Shown: in pieces, positions 13,142 to 30,220 of the stretch
How positions within the stretch are numbered: position 1 is the stretch's first letter
How the letters are laid out: each line of letters opens with the position of its first letter
From: the human T2T-CHM13v2.0 reference genome, Homo sapiens
DNA length: 64,000 bases
Direction: 5' to 3' (one strand)
Assembly: GCF_009914755.1 (NCBI RefSeq)
Contig: NC_060932.1
Translations under genes and position numbers: made by a program
The notes under the pieces: model-generated
What the model was told of the DNA's origin: nothing
Databases searched by the model: none
What the model saw: only the letters and a program-made list of their open reading frames with translations

Positions 13142-14478
13142 TTTTGAAAGTCTATTATTGTGAATATTTATGCCACTTCCAGTTTTTAGTTATTACAAAT
13201 ACACCGTAATAAGCATTCTGGTATGTATATATATCTGTGAGCAATTGTCAAGTTATCGCCTGAGATAAATCCCTAGAAGATATCAAGAATAAATATAGTG
13301 TAATATGAAGACTTTTGTTGTTTTAAAATATCTATTACTAAATTATCAGTCCATTTGTATCAAGTTGTAACTTTCATAATTTATTAATTTATTAGCTAGT
13401 TTGGATATGTGAGTGGTATACTTTCTGAGCCCTAGCATATCTTAAATTCTACTTCTTTTATTTTACTACCTTACTGAATTTTCTTTGTAATTTTCCACTA
13501 TGTCACTTTGTAATGAGCTATTTCTATAAAGAATATAGAAATAGAAGTAGAAAATACGAAATATGAACATCTGGAATTAGAGGCATTTTGAGACGCCCTT
13601 TAGTATGAAGGAAGCTTAGCATATTTTACCTTTAAAAAATCTCTCCCTTCACTAATCTTTCTGTTATGTAAATTGAGATTTTAGACCTAGCCTACTGTTA
13701 ATAAATTTCTGCTTTTAAATATTATTTATTTTGGTTCTAAAATATTTTGTCTTTTTCAGTTTTATAAAGTTTACAGCAAACATTTTGAATTCATTTATAT
13801 TTAACTGGTTTTATTTTTTAAAGTTCTAAAGAATGATTTTAACTTTTAATGGTGTTAAGATCCTTTTCTAGCCAGAGAACTTGGAATGCATGAATCTTGA
13901 CTTTACCATCACTTTCTTCTCTTATTCAATAAATAATGTGTGCATGTGAGTGTGTGAATCATTCTTATTATTATAGTAGTAACACATAATAAACATTGAT
14001 TAAAATATATATGTGAGTAAAAGAATGAAATGGTAATCATCATTAGTCCCAGCACCAGGGGTGATCATTCTTTAAAAATTTCATTATATAGATATACACA
14101 CCAATGTGCATGCATGCATGTGTGTGTATATGTACATGTTGGTGTTATCTAATAAAAAGATACTTAGAATTACCACCTTTCAATTTTAAAATAAAATTGT
14201 TGCATATATTTAGAATGGAGTTTTCAAGTCACTTTATTTATTGATGTAAATAGTTACCAAACATGGATAAAAAACCAGTGTACTTTAACCAGTCACTTCT
14301 ATTTTAAAACTAAGAGTATCTTCAGTCGTGGTAACAAGTAATATTTTTCTGGAATTTTTATTTTCTTAATTTTTTGCTTTTAATCACCCATAGTTTTAAA
14401 ATTACTTGAGTTAGAAATGTGTTAGCTACAAGAAAGAAAAATGAGCAACATTGGCATTTGTTTTGTTTTCTTCTACAG

Positions 14479-14645
14479 CACCAGTCTCTAACAACCTTGA
14501 ATGCTACTGCTTGGAGAGAGGAGAGTAACAAATACATTATCAGAAACTGGCCCAAACCAAGGAGGAACAAGACACAATTTCTCTCTCATTGCTCTTGTCA
14601 CTGCTGAGGGTTTTAAACTATGAAATAAATCATCTGGCCTGAATC
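14479..14645 (+). pseudogene. ADAM5: ADAM5-like terminal exon
   Basis: Strong acceptor tttgttttgttttcttctacag|C; spliced to 84-134 gives ...SES-TSL-TAA (stop 14489-14491); AATAAA 14624-14629. The 3' end is estimated. Confidence 0.75.
14624..14629 (+). terminator. Polyadenylation signal AATAAA (ADAM5)
   Basis: gaAATAAAtcat; same flanking context as the ADAM3A signal. Confidence 0.7.
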
Positions 14646-15014
14646 TCATGACTTACGTCCATTGAATTCTCTGTATTTGCAGTCCAAATTCTACCCTATC
14701 AAATTTGGATCCATAAGATGCTCTGAATCAGGTGAAAGGAACCTAAGACCCTCATCTCATAAAGGCAAGAGAGACTGCCAGTCAGCCTCACAGCAGAGAG
14801 TATCTGTTTTCCCTTCTGCTTCTTAGGTTGACCAGAATCTCCCTCAAGTCTGACCTATCCCCTTTCCTTCAGAGTTCCTAGCGTCTAGGTATTCTGTGAC
14901 TGGTTACAGTGACATTTATGCAGATGGTATCTGAGTCCAATCCCTGTCTTCTTACTCCTGCTCATTTATGAAAGCTGTAAAGCCACTTTAGTGTGTTAAA
15001 ATACCTGTTTGCCA

Positions 15015-15160
15015 AAAGTAGATTTACCATAAAGCTAAGGAAGCAAAAACTTAAGAGCAACTTAGTTGCACAGATTCTCTTCAAAGTCATGAAGCTAACT
15101 TTGTATTCTTAGAGTTTATCAAATTTTATATGGTCAGGCCCCATTGAGCCTGAATCATCT
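15015..15160 (+). mobile_element. MER53-like hAT element
   Basis: gatttaccataaagctaaggaagc resembles the recalled MER53 start. Confidence 0.5.
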
Positions 15161-15182
15161 CGCTGTTCACAAGTTCCCTTGG

Positions 15183-15567
15183 CAGTGGTGTGCTAGAGCC
15201 ATTTCATACTATCTCACCAGAGCTCACCAGTTAAAATTTCAGAATATTTGCAAGTCAGTTGTTAAACAGCCACTATTAAAAACATTACTTAAATCTAAAT
15301 AAATTAAAAATCAATACTTGAAAGACACCATTTATTCATTATTTTGTTGTATTTTTATCTTTGCTTTTTAGGTTATAATTATTGCATCTTTATGGTGGAA
15401 TTAGTATATTATGGTAATGTATGACTTGCATGTATTACCAACTCTTCTAGAAATATCAAATGGTAGCTTGAAATTAGCCTTTGCTGAGACTGATAAACCT
15501 ATCAATGTGGACTTCCTCTCCCTCACATCACAGAAATAGCTGTATAATAATTGCTAGCAAACCACTG
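15183..15567 (+). mobile_element. MER63 (hAT-Blackjack)
   Basis: TIRs cagtggtgtgctag / ctagcaaaccactg. Confidence 0.75.
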
Positions 15568-15687
15568 TTCTTGGGGGTAGTTCACCTTTTTTCTATTTTT
15601 GTTTTCAATAGCTTGTTGAAGCTACTTTTCTATCATGGCTCAAATCTATCTCCAACTCTTTCTGAATATGATTACCCAATTGGTATC

Positions 15688-18288
<2,601 letters not shown>

Positions 18289-18382
18289 GGCCAAGATGTA
18301 CATGAAAAAATGGTCAACATCACTAATCATCAGTAAAATTCAAAGTAATAGTGAGATACTATTTCACCTCAGTTAGAATGGC

Positions 18383-19150
18383 TCTTATCAAAACACCAGG
18401 GGTTTGGTCTTGGTTCTGCTGCTCACTGCACAGAAAGCCAATAAGTATTGCCAGGGAAGATGGCTTTAATTGAGTGCTGCAGCCAAGTCCAAATTCATCT
18501 CCCTGATCAAATTAGAGATTTACATAGTAGGGAAGAAATATGTAACTATGTGTGGGAAAACAGGAACTCAGGAGGGGTAAAGAAGCAATCATGGGCTGGG
18601 TGTGGTGGCTCACGCTTGTAATCCCAGCACTTTGGGAGGCAGAGGTGGGTGAATCATCCAAAGGTCAGGAGTTGAAGACCAGCCTGGCCATCATGGAGAA
18701 ACCCTGTCTCTACTAGAAATACAAAAATTAGCCAGGCTTGGTGGTGGATGCCTGTAGTCCCAGCTACTCAAGAGATTGGGGCAGGAGAATCACTTGAACC
18801 CAGGAAGGGGAGGTTGCAGTGAGCTGAGATCGCACCATTGCACTCCAGCATGGATGATAGAGATTCTGTCTGAAAAATAAAACAAAACAAAGCAAACAAA
18901 CAAAAAAAGAAATAAATTAAAGAAGCAATCGTGATGAATGAGAGAATGAATTATTGTCTGGATGTGATGATCTGGTGAGTTTCAGTTTTTTGATACCTTC
19001 TGAGAGGCCTGGGAATCCTTTCCTGAGGAAGGAACTCAGATAAAATGAATGTAAGTGTCAAGCTTTAACACCAGAAGGGTCAATTTCTATGTTTATCAAA
19101 AACAAACAAATGAAAACAAAACTGTCCATGGGACTCTTGGATTGGCTTCA
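18383..19150 (-). mobile_element. Solo ERV1 LTR (MER72/LTR26/LTR47-like)
   Basis: 4-bp TSD tggc (18379-18382, 19151-19154); minus strand starts tgaagccaatccaagagtcccatggacag; family uncertain. Confidence 0.75.
18594..18917 (+). mobile_element. AluS inserted in the LTR
   Basis: TSD taaagaagcaatcatg / taaagaagcaatcgtg. Confidence 0.93.
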
Positions 19151-19669
19151 TGGCTATGAATACAAAAAAAAAAAATGAATGCTGATGAGAATGTAAAGAA
19201 AGGGGAACTCTTTTGCACTGTTAATGGGAATGTAAATTAGTACAACCATTATGGAAAACAGTAAGGGGATGTCTCAAAAAACTAAAAATAGAACTACCAT
19301 GTGAGCCTGCAATCCCATTACTGGGTGTATATCCAAAGGAAATGAAACTTTATGTTGAAGAGATTTATACCATCGCTTGTTTATTGTAGCATTATTAACA
19401 ATAGCCAATATATGAAATCAACGTAAAAGCCTATCTACTGATTAATGGATTTAAAAATGTGATATATATACAAAACAAAATATTCTTCAGCCATATGAAA
19501 CAATGAAATTCTGTCATTTGCAGCGACGTGGATGAAGCTGGAGGGCATTGTTAAGTGAAATAAGCCAGGCAGTGAGACACAAATGATCTCAACTCACGTG
19601 GGATCAACAAAGTTGATTTCATAGAAGTTAAGTAGAATAGTGATTACTAGAGTTTTGAGGTGAGGGTAC

Positions 19670-21928
19670 TGTATTAGTCCATTTTCATGTTGCTGTTAAA
19701 GACATACCCAAGACTGGGAAGAGAAAGAGTTTTAATTGGACTTACAGTTCCACATGGCTGGGGAGGCCTCAGAATCATGGCAGGAGGCAAAAGGCACTTC
19801 TTACATGGCAGCAGAGAGAGAAAATGAGGAAGAAACAAAAGTGGAAGCCCCTGATAAACCCATCAGATCTCAGGAGACTTATTCACTATCACGAGAATAG
19901 CATGGGAAAGACCAGCCTCCATGATTCAATTACCTTTCCCTGGGTCCCTCCCACAACATGTGGGAATTCTGGGAGATACAATTCAAGTTGAGATCTGAGT
20001 AGGGACACAGCCAAACCACATCATTCCACCCCTGGTCCCTCCCAAATCTCATGTCTTCACATTTCAAAACCAATCATGCCTTCCCAACAGTCCCCCAAAG
20101 TCTTAACTCATTTCAGCATTAACTCAGAAGTCCACGGCCCAAAGTTTCATTTGAGACAAGGCAAGTCACTTCTGCCTATGAGCCTGTAAAATCAAAAGCA
20201 AGCTAGTTACTTCCTAGATACAATGGAGGTACAGGCATTGGGTAAATACAGCCATTCCAAATGGGAGAAATTGGCCAAAACAAAGGGGTTACAGGGCCCA
20301 TGTAAGTTTGAAATCCAGCAGGGCAGTCACATTTTAAAGCTCCAAAATGATCTCTTTGACCCCAGGTCTCACATCCAGGTCACACTGTTGCAAGAGGTGG
20401 GCTCCCATGGTCTTGGGCAGCTCCACCCTTATGGCTTTGCAGGGTATAGCCTCCCTCCTGGCTACTTTCATGGGCTGGCATTGAGTGCCTGTGGCTTTTC
20501 CAGGTGCATGGTACAAGCTGTTGGTGGATCTACCATTCTGGGGTCTGGAGGACGGTGGACCTCTTCTCATAGCTCCACTAGGCAGTGCCCCAGTAGGGAC
20601 TCTGTGTACGGGCTCTGACCCCACATTTCCCTTCCACACTGTCCTAGCAGAGGTTCCCTAACCCTGCAGCAAACTTTTTCCTGGGCATCCAGTGTTTCCA
20701 TACATCTTCTGAAATCTAAGTGGAGGGTCCCAAACCTCAATTATTGACTTCTGTGCACCTGCATGCTCAGCACCACATGGAAGCTGCCAAGACTTGGTGC
20801 TTCCACCCTCTGAAGCCACAGCCTGAGCTCTATGTTGGCCCCTTTCAGCCATGGCTAGAGCAGCTGGGGCACAGGGCACCATGTCCCTAGGCTGCACACA
20901 GCACAGTGACCCTGGGCGCAGTCCATGAAACCACTTTTTCTTCCCGGGGCTCCAGACCTGTGATGGGAGGGGCTGCCGTGAAGGTCTCTGACATGGCCTG
21001 GAGACATTCTGTCATGGCTTGGGGATTAACATTAGGCTTCTTGCTAATGCAAATTTCTGCAGTCAGCTTCAATTTCTCTTCAAAAAATGGGTTTTTCTTT
21101 TCTACTGCATCATCAGGCTGCAAATTTTCTGAACTTTTATGATCTGTTTCCTTTTAAAACAGAATGCTTTTAACAGCAGTCAAGTCACCTTTGGAATGGT
21201 TTGCTGCTTAGAAATTTCTTCCACTAGATACCCCCAAATCATCTCTCTCAAGTTCAAAATTCCACAAATCTCTAGGGCAGGGACAAAATGCCACCAGTCT
21301 CTTTGCTAAAACATAACAAAAGTCATCTTTGCTCCAGTTCCCAACACATTTCTCATCTCCATCCAAGATCACCTCAACCTGGACCTTATTGTTCATATCA
21401 CTATCAGCATTTTTGTCAAAGCCATTCAACAAGTCTCTAGGAGGTTCCAAACTTTCCCACATTTTCCTATCTTCTTCTGAGCTTTCCAAACTGTTCCAAT
21501 CTCTGCTGGTTCTAAAGTTGCTTCCACATTTTCAGGTATCTTTCAGCAATACCCCACTCCTGGTACCAATTTACTGTATTAGTCCGTTTACACACTGCTG
21601 ATGAAGACATACCTGAGACTGGGAAGAAAAAGAGGTTTAATTGGACTTACAGTTCCACATGGCTGGGGAGGCCTCAGAATCATGGCAGAAGGCGAAAGGC
21701 AATTCTTACATGGCGGTGGCAAGAGAAAATGAGGAAGAAGCAAAAGTAGAAACCCCTGATAAAACCATTAGACCTCATGAGACTTATTCACTATCATGAG
21801 AATAGCACAGGAAAGACCAGCCCCCATTGTTCAATTACCTCCCCACTGGGTCCCTCCCACAACACATGAGAATTCTGAGAGATACAATTCAAGTTGAGAT
21901 TTGGGTGGGACACAGCCAAACCATATCA
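19670..21928 (-). mobile_element. Full-length THE1C (LTR 19670-20023, internal 20024-21574, LTR 21575-21928)
   Basis: Two similar ~354-bp LTRs, perfect 5-bp TSD ggtac, THE1-int sequence between. Confidence 0.93.
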
Positions 21929-23399
21929 GGTACCAAGATACATTGGTAAACGAGTACAATGTTACAATTAGATAGGAAGTTATAGTGTTCTACTACACTG
22001 TAGGGTGACTATAGAAAATAAAAATGTATATTTCAAGATAGCTGGAAGAGAAGACTATGAATTTTACCACCACAAAGAAGTGATAAACATTTAAAGTGAT
22101 AGGTACAGTAGTTACCCTGATTTAATCATTTTATTCAATGTTTACATGCAATGGAGAATCACACTGTACACCATAAACATGTACAACTATTGTGTATAGA
22201 TTATAAATAATAAAAATGAATAATACAAAAAAAGAATACTTAATTTTCTGGGTCCCTAGGACATTTGACATAGTTTGGAGTGAGCCTAAGAGCAACATCT
22301 GTCAGAGTTCCAAAAGGTATATTTCAGACCTGCTCTCTGTTATGGAGGGTGGAAAAGCTGCTAAGAGATAACTAGAGTTGCACCACCAAAAATGACAAGG
22401 CTACCAAGTCTGTGGTCCAAGGACCTTACCCTTAGAGCTATTCAAATACCGATGAGCTGGTAGGTCTGAGAAGAGGAACAGTACGTAAGGCAAACATTTA
22501 CCAATTGCTATGATTAAATATACCAAGTTTATGAAAACCTAAGGTAAGTGAAATATTCTCATGGCTCTGGGCCAGTGTGAGTTTGGGACATTCTATAAAA
22601 TAGCATTTCTACTTTTCCTGACATCTACCCTTAAATTGTAGAAAGAAGTGGAGGGGTGAAGAAATATTTGAAGATGGAGTAGAAATTTCTTGAAAAAAGT
22701 GACTTTTGCTTTTAGATCTGAAGAGAGAGATAGGTGCTACAAGTATGAAGGTGCTGCAAAAAGAAAATATTTTGCTTCCTGGAAAAAAACTTTCCTGTTA
22801 CTCAGAACTCCATACAAACTGTGTCAAAAGCCAGTGACGATTTTGGTCCCTTAATTTTTTTCTGAAATTACTCTGGAAAACTCATCACTTACCTCTACAG
22901 TGTTAAATTTATGAATTCCTATTCCTCTTTTTTTTTGCTTTTTAAATTGATATTTGATTTTCTTTTTTTAACTTACTCCTTTCATTTCTAAAATGTTTTT
23001 ATCTGTTTTGATTTTTAGCCCTATGTCTAATCTCTCCAAGAGTTTTTTCTCACTTTGCTTTATTACCATCCACTTATTTGTTTATTAATGTTTACTCACT
23101 CTTGACTTCTATCTCTTTTCACTTCATACCAGTAGTTCATAACTAAGTGTGTAGATTATTCTACTTGGAGAGATTTTCCAAATACTCATTGCATAGCACC
23201 AATTCTAAAGATTCTTATTCAGTAGGACATTTCTCTGATAACATCAGTTATTCTTTGGGTACAAATATTTGTATTGACTAATGATTCAAATATACAAATA
23301 TAAAGCTCAATATTTTAACCGAATTCTTATGCCTAATGAACTTGAGAGTAGGTTCATGATGAACTGAACACAGATGACCAATTCTCCATGAGTATTTTA

Positions 23400-23823
23400 T
23401 GCAACTTTATATTTTTTTCCTTTTAGATTCAGTGTGCGGATGTGCAGGTTCATTACATGCATACATTGTGTAATGGTGAGGTTTGGGCTTCTAGTGAACC
23501 TACCACCTAAATAGTGAACATTGTACCCAACAAATAGTTTTTCAACCCTCATTCACCTCCACTGTCCTTGCTTTTGGAGTCTCCAGTGTCTATTATTTCT
23601 GTTTTTGTGTTCACATGTACCCATGGTTTAGGACCCACTTATAGGTAAGAACATGCAGTATTTGATTTTCTATTTCTGAGTTATTTCACTAAGGATAATG
23701 GCCTCAAGCTCCATCCATGTTGCTGCAAAGGACGTGATTTCATTTTTTGACTGTAAAGTATTCCATGGTGTGTGCGTATGTATTCAGTCCACCATTGATG
23801 GACACTTAGGTTGATTCCATGAG
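23400..23823 (-). mobile_element. L1PA15/16-type 3' end
   Basis: ggtgaggtttgggcttctagtg...cttttggagtctccagtgtc 3' UTR signature. Confidence 0.8.
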
Positions 23824-23999
23824 CAAATTCATTTTTTGAATTCCAGGGCAAAGGAAGAAGCCTACTTAAACAAATATAGCACACATCATGCAGGACATCT
23901 GTGTGGACCACCAAAGGGAAACCTATAAACTTGCCTGCTTCACCAGAATTATAGTTAAGAACAAAGACAAGTTTTGGAGGATGCTCTTACCCAGGATAA

Positions 24000-24383
24000 T
24001 TGAGATGAGCCATCCTAACATTTTAGAATTTCCAACAATTTAAAATCCATCTGATGTTGGTTATCATATATCATCTTAGGCGGGTCCAACAATTTTCCTG
24101 GGCAGTAGAGTCTGTCCTCTATGTGATAACTAGATATCCAGGCTTCTTTAGTCTTGTGGCTCCATATTCTCACCACAAGATCCCACAGTTGCCAACAAAA
24201 TGGAAGGAAGTGTGAAAAACTCATAATCTGCTCACTAACTGCCTCTAACCAGCAGTGATACAACAAGCAGTTTATTCTCATGGTCCATTGACCCAATCTA
24301 GTCACATAGTCCTAACTGCAAAGGAGGCTGGAAAACATCAAGATAACCTATAGAATATTTGGTGAGTGCTACTTCCCTCTCAC
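24000..24383 (-). mobile_element. MLT1J/K/L-type LTR
   Basis: agtcacatagtcctaactgcaaaggaggctgg motif; ends ...ctctcaca. Confidence 0.65.
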
Positions 24384-24714
24384 ACTGTGAAATAGAAACT
24401 ATGAAGGTTGTACCATCTGTGACTAGGTATAGGCATGTCGTAGTTCCCATATTGGAACGAACATCTTCTAAATCACTCTGTGACAGGACTGTGATCATTT
24501 ATTTGGCAAATGCATCCCAACTCCTTTCCTCCTTATTGAAGTACCCTTGTTATCTAGGATGGATGAAACAAGTTCCTGTAGACTCAGTTTGCTAGTTTTC
24601 AGGTTGGATGTCAAATAAATCTCTGAGTTACATCAATGTTGGAACAGCGTTGTCACTGTGCTGACAAAGACTAGAGCCATTTTTAAAGCCTGGAAATTCT
24701 GGAAGCAGGTATGC

Positions 24715-24895
24715 ATATCAATTGATTCGGAAAAGCATTCACAAACACTAAACTAACTGGGAATAAAAGAAAAATGCCTTCATATGATAAAAGCCATAGA
24801 CGAAAAACCCGTAGTTAACATAATCGTCAATGGTGAAAGTTTGTAAGATTTTTCTCTAAGATCAGAAGCAAGATAAAGATGCCTGCTTTTGCATA
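24715..24895 (+). mobile_element. L1M ORF2 fragment
   Basis: aatggtgaaagtttg...tctaagatcagaagcaagataaagatgcc (RT region). Confidence 0.65.
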
Positions 24896-24899
24896 ATCT

Positions 24900-26690
<1,791 letters not shown>

Positions 26691-26714
26691 GGTATTAGGG
26701 ACTAATTTATAACA

Positions 26715-27544
26715 AATAGTAAGATACTATTTTCCCGTAAAGTTTAGATACATCTTTTTTTAAAAACCCTTTATGTTACCTAAAATCAGGAATGTACTAA
26801 AATGTAGATTTGTTGTATAAATCCATTTTTCAATATAAGATTCATTAGGTCTAGAGTTCTAGATCCATGAAACCCTTGCATTTTAGTTTTCTAGTTTGTT
26901 ATTTTGAAGCTAACAAATAAGCTACACCATTATAAATTTCGAGTTGAGCATAAGCAATTGAATCCAAGAACTTCAAGTTCTGTATTAAGTACATTTGATG
27001 TGAAATCTAACTTGCTGCAAAACAAGGGGTTGGTGGTGGAAAATGCAACTTCTGGCATGTGTTTTTATAGATGTAATACATCTATGGGTCTTTAAATAAC
27101 TTTATTGAGATATGTTTTACATATCCTAAAATTTACCTACTTCAACTGTACAATTCAATATTTTTAACAACTTGTGCTGTGGCCATCATGATAAATCACT
27201 TTAGGCCATTTTCATCATCACCCCATAAAATCTCTCTTGTCAATTTACAGATAATCCCTGTTTCCAACCATAGCCCCAGGCAACAATTAATTTATGTTCT
27301 GTCTCTATAAACTTGCATTTTCACTACATTTCATACAAGTGGAATCAAAATCCCTTATTTCTGCCTGAGTTTTTAGAGTTGAACAAGGCTGGAGAAAATT
27401 ATTCTCACATAATTCATTAACATCTCCACTTAATTCAGGCTCACTACACTTGCATTGGCCTTAATGCCTCTATAATTCCATTAGATATGCTCTTTGTTAA
27501 ATTTTTGGTAACTTTCATGTTTCTAAATGCAATGGTTATTTCTT
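26715..27544 (+). repeat. Left arm of ancient inverted duplication (unique DNA + old L1M 3' fragment + L2 fragment); continues at 37939-~38080
   Basis: Collinear reverse-complement matches to 39900-40895, including an exact 30-mer (27379-27408 vs 40187-40216). Confidence 0.85.
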
Positions 27545-30220
27545 TTTATCTATTATTTTAGGTCCAAGGGGCACATGTGCAGGTTTGGTTATGTTGGTAA
27601 ATAGTGTGCCACTGATGTTTGGTGTATGAATGATCCCATCATCCAGGTAGTGAACATAGTACCTGATAGTTTTTCAATCTTCTCCCACTTCCTGACATCC
27701 CTCCTCTAATAGTCCCCACTTTGTGTTGTGCCCATCCTTATGTCCTTGTGTACCCAAAGTTCAGTTACTACTTATAAATGAGAACATGTGGTATTTGGTT
27801 TTCTGTTCCTGCATTAATTCACTAAGATAATGGCCTCAGGCTGCATCCATGCAAAGGGCATGATTTCATTTTTCTTTTATGGCTGCGTAGCATTCCATGG
27901 TGCATATGTACACATTTTCTTTATTCAATCCACCATTGATGGGCACCTAGATTGATTCCATTTCTTTGCTGTTGTGATTCCATGTCATTGCTATGTTGCA
28001 ATGAACATGTAAGTACATGTGTCTTTTTGGTAGAATGATTTATTTCTCTTTGGGTATATACATAGCAATGGGATTGCTGGGTCGAATGGTAACTCTCAGT
28101 TCTTTGAAAGATTTTTAAATTGCTTTCCACTGTGGCTGAACTAATTTAAATTCCCAACAACAGTGTATGAGTGTTCCCTATTCTCTGGAACCTTACCAAC
28201 ATCTGTTATCTTTTGACATTTGAATAATAACCATTCTGACTGGTGGGAGATAGTATCTCATTGTGGTTTTGAGTAGCATTTCTCTAATGATTAGCGATGT
28301 TAAGCATTTTTTATATATTTATTGGCCACATGTATGTCTTATTTCAAGAAGCGTCTGTTCATATCCCTTGCCCAATTTAAATGGGGTTATTTTTTGCCTG
28401 TGAATTGTTTAGGTTCCTTACAGATTTTGTATATTACACCATTGTCAGATGCATAATTTGTGAATATTTTCTCCCATTATGTAGGTTGTTTACTCTTTAG
28501 TTTCTTTAGCTATGCAGAAGCTCTTTAGTTTAATTAGGTCCCACTTGCCAATTTTTGGTTTTTGCTGCAATTGCTTTTGAGGACTTAGTCATAAATTATT
28601 TCCCAAAGCTGATGTCCACAATAGTATTTCCTAGGTTTTCTTCTCATATTTTTGTGGTTTTAGGTCCTGAATTTAATATTTTAACCCATCTTGAGTTAAT
28701 TTTTGTATATGGCAAATGGAAGGGGACCAGTTTCAATATTGTGCATATGTCTAGTCAGTTATCTCAGCACTGTTTATTGAATAGGGAGTCCTTTCACCAT
28801 TGTCTGTTTTTGTTGACTTTGTCAAATATCAGATAGTCATAGGTTTGTGGCTTTATTTCTGGATCCTCTAACCGTTTCCATTGGTCTACCTATCTGTTTT
28901 TGTACCAGTACCATGATGTTTTGATTACTGTAGCCTTGCAATATAGTTTAAAGTTGGGTACTGTGACACTTCTGGCTTTGTTCCTTTTGCTTAGGATTGC
29001 TTTGGCTATTCAGGCCTTTTTTTTTGTTCCACATTAATTTTAGAATAATTTCTTTCTAATTCTGTGAAACATAACACTTGTAGTTTGACAGGAGTACTAC
29101 TGAATGTGCAAGTCATTTTGGGCAGTATCGTCATTTTAACAATATTGATTATTCCTATCCATGATCATGGAAAGTTTTTCCATTTGTTTGTGCCATCTCT
29201 GATTTCTTTTTGTAATGTTTTGTAGTTCTTACTGTAGAGAACTTTGTCCATTCTAGTTAGCTGTAGTCCTAGAGATATTTTTTTCTCTTTGTGAGTATTG
29301 TAAATGAGATTGCCTTCTTGATTTTACTCTCAGCTTGAATACTATTGGCATATCAAAATACTACTGATTTTTGTACATTAATTTTGTATCCTAAAATTTT
29401 ACTTATGTTGTTTATCTGTTCTAGGAGCCCTTGGCGGAGTCTTTAGGGTTTAGGTACAGAATCATGTTGCCTGCAAAGAGAGATAGTTGAACTTTCTCTA
29501 TTTCTATTTGGATGCCTTTAATTTCTTTGTCTTACCTGATTGCTCTGGCTAGGATTTCTAGTACTGTGTTGGATAAGAGTGGTGAGAGTGGGCATCCCTG
29601 ACTTGTTCCAGTAATTAAAAGGAATGCTTCCAGCTTTTGCCACTTCAGTATGATGTTGGCTGTGAGTTTGTCATAGATGGCTCTTACTATTTTGAGGTAT
29701 TTTCCTTTAATGTGTAATTTGTTGAAAGTTTTTAACATAGAGGAATGGTTGAATTTTATTGAAATTCTTTTCTGTGTCTATTAAGATGGCAACATGATTT
29801 TTGTTTTTAATTATGTTTATGTGGTGAATCCCCTTTATTGATTTGCATATGTTGAGCCAACCTTGCATCCCTGGAATAAAGCCTACTCAATTGTGGTGAA
29901 TTAACTTTTTGATTTGCTGGTGGATTTTGTTTGCTAGTATTTTATTGAGGAGTCTTGCATCTATGTTCCTTAGAGATATCGGCCTGAAATTTTCTTTTTT
30001 GTTGTGTCTCTGCCAGGTTTTGGTATCAGAATAATGCTGGCTTCATAGAATAAGTTAGGAAGTTGCTCCACCTCCTCAGTTGTCTGGAATAATTTTGATG
30101 GGATTTGTACTGCCTTGTCTTTGTATGTCTGGTAGAATTCAGCTGTGAATCTGTCTGGTCCAGGTCTTTTTCTGATAGGTAGGTTTTTTATTAGTGATTC
30201 AATTTCAAAGCTCGTTATTG

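Larger units (their letters stand above)
18289..22230 (+). mobile_element. L1MA5-7-type 3' portion hosting an LTR, an Alu and THE1C
   Basis: ORF2 end and 3' UTR resume after each insertion. Confidence 0.75.

Noticed and set aside
20223-21601. Several 78-131 aa ORFs
   Set aside because: Fragments of THE1 internal sequence.
22328-22543. Plus-strand exon ending at AAG|gtaagt
   Set aside because: Acceptor weak, stops in all three frames, downstream of the ADAM5 poly(A) signal.
23130-23230. MER5-like fragment
   Set aside because: Too degraded to support by eye.
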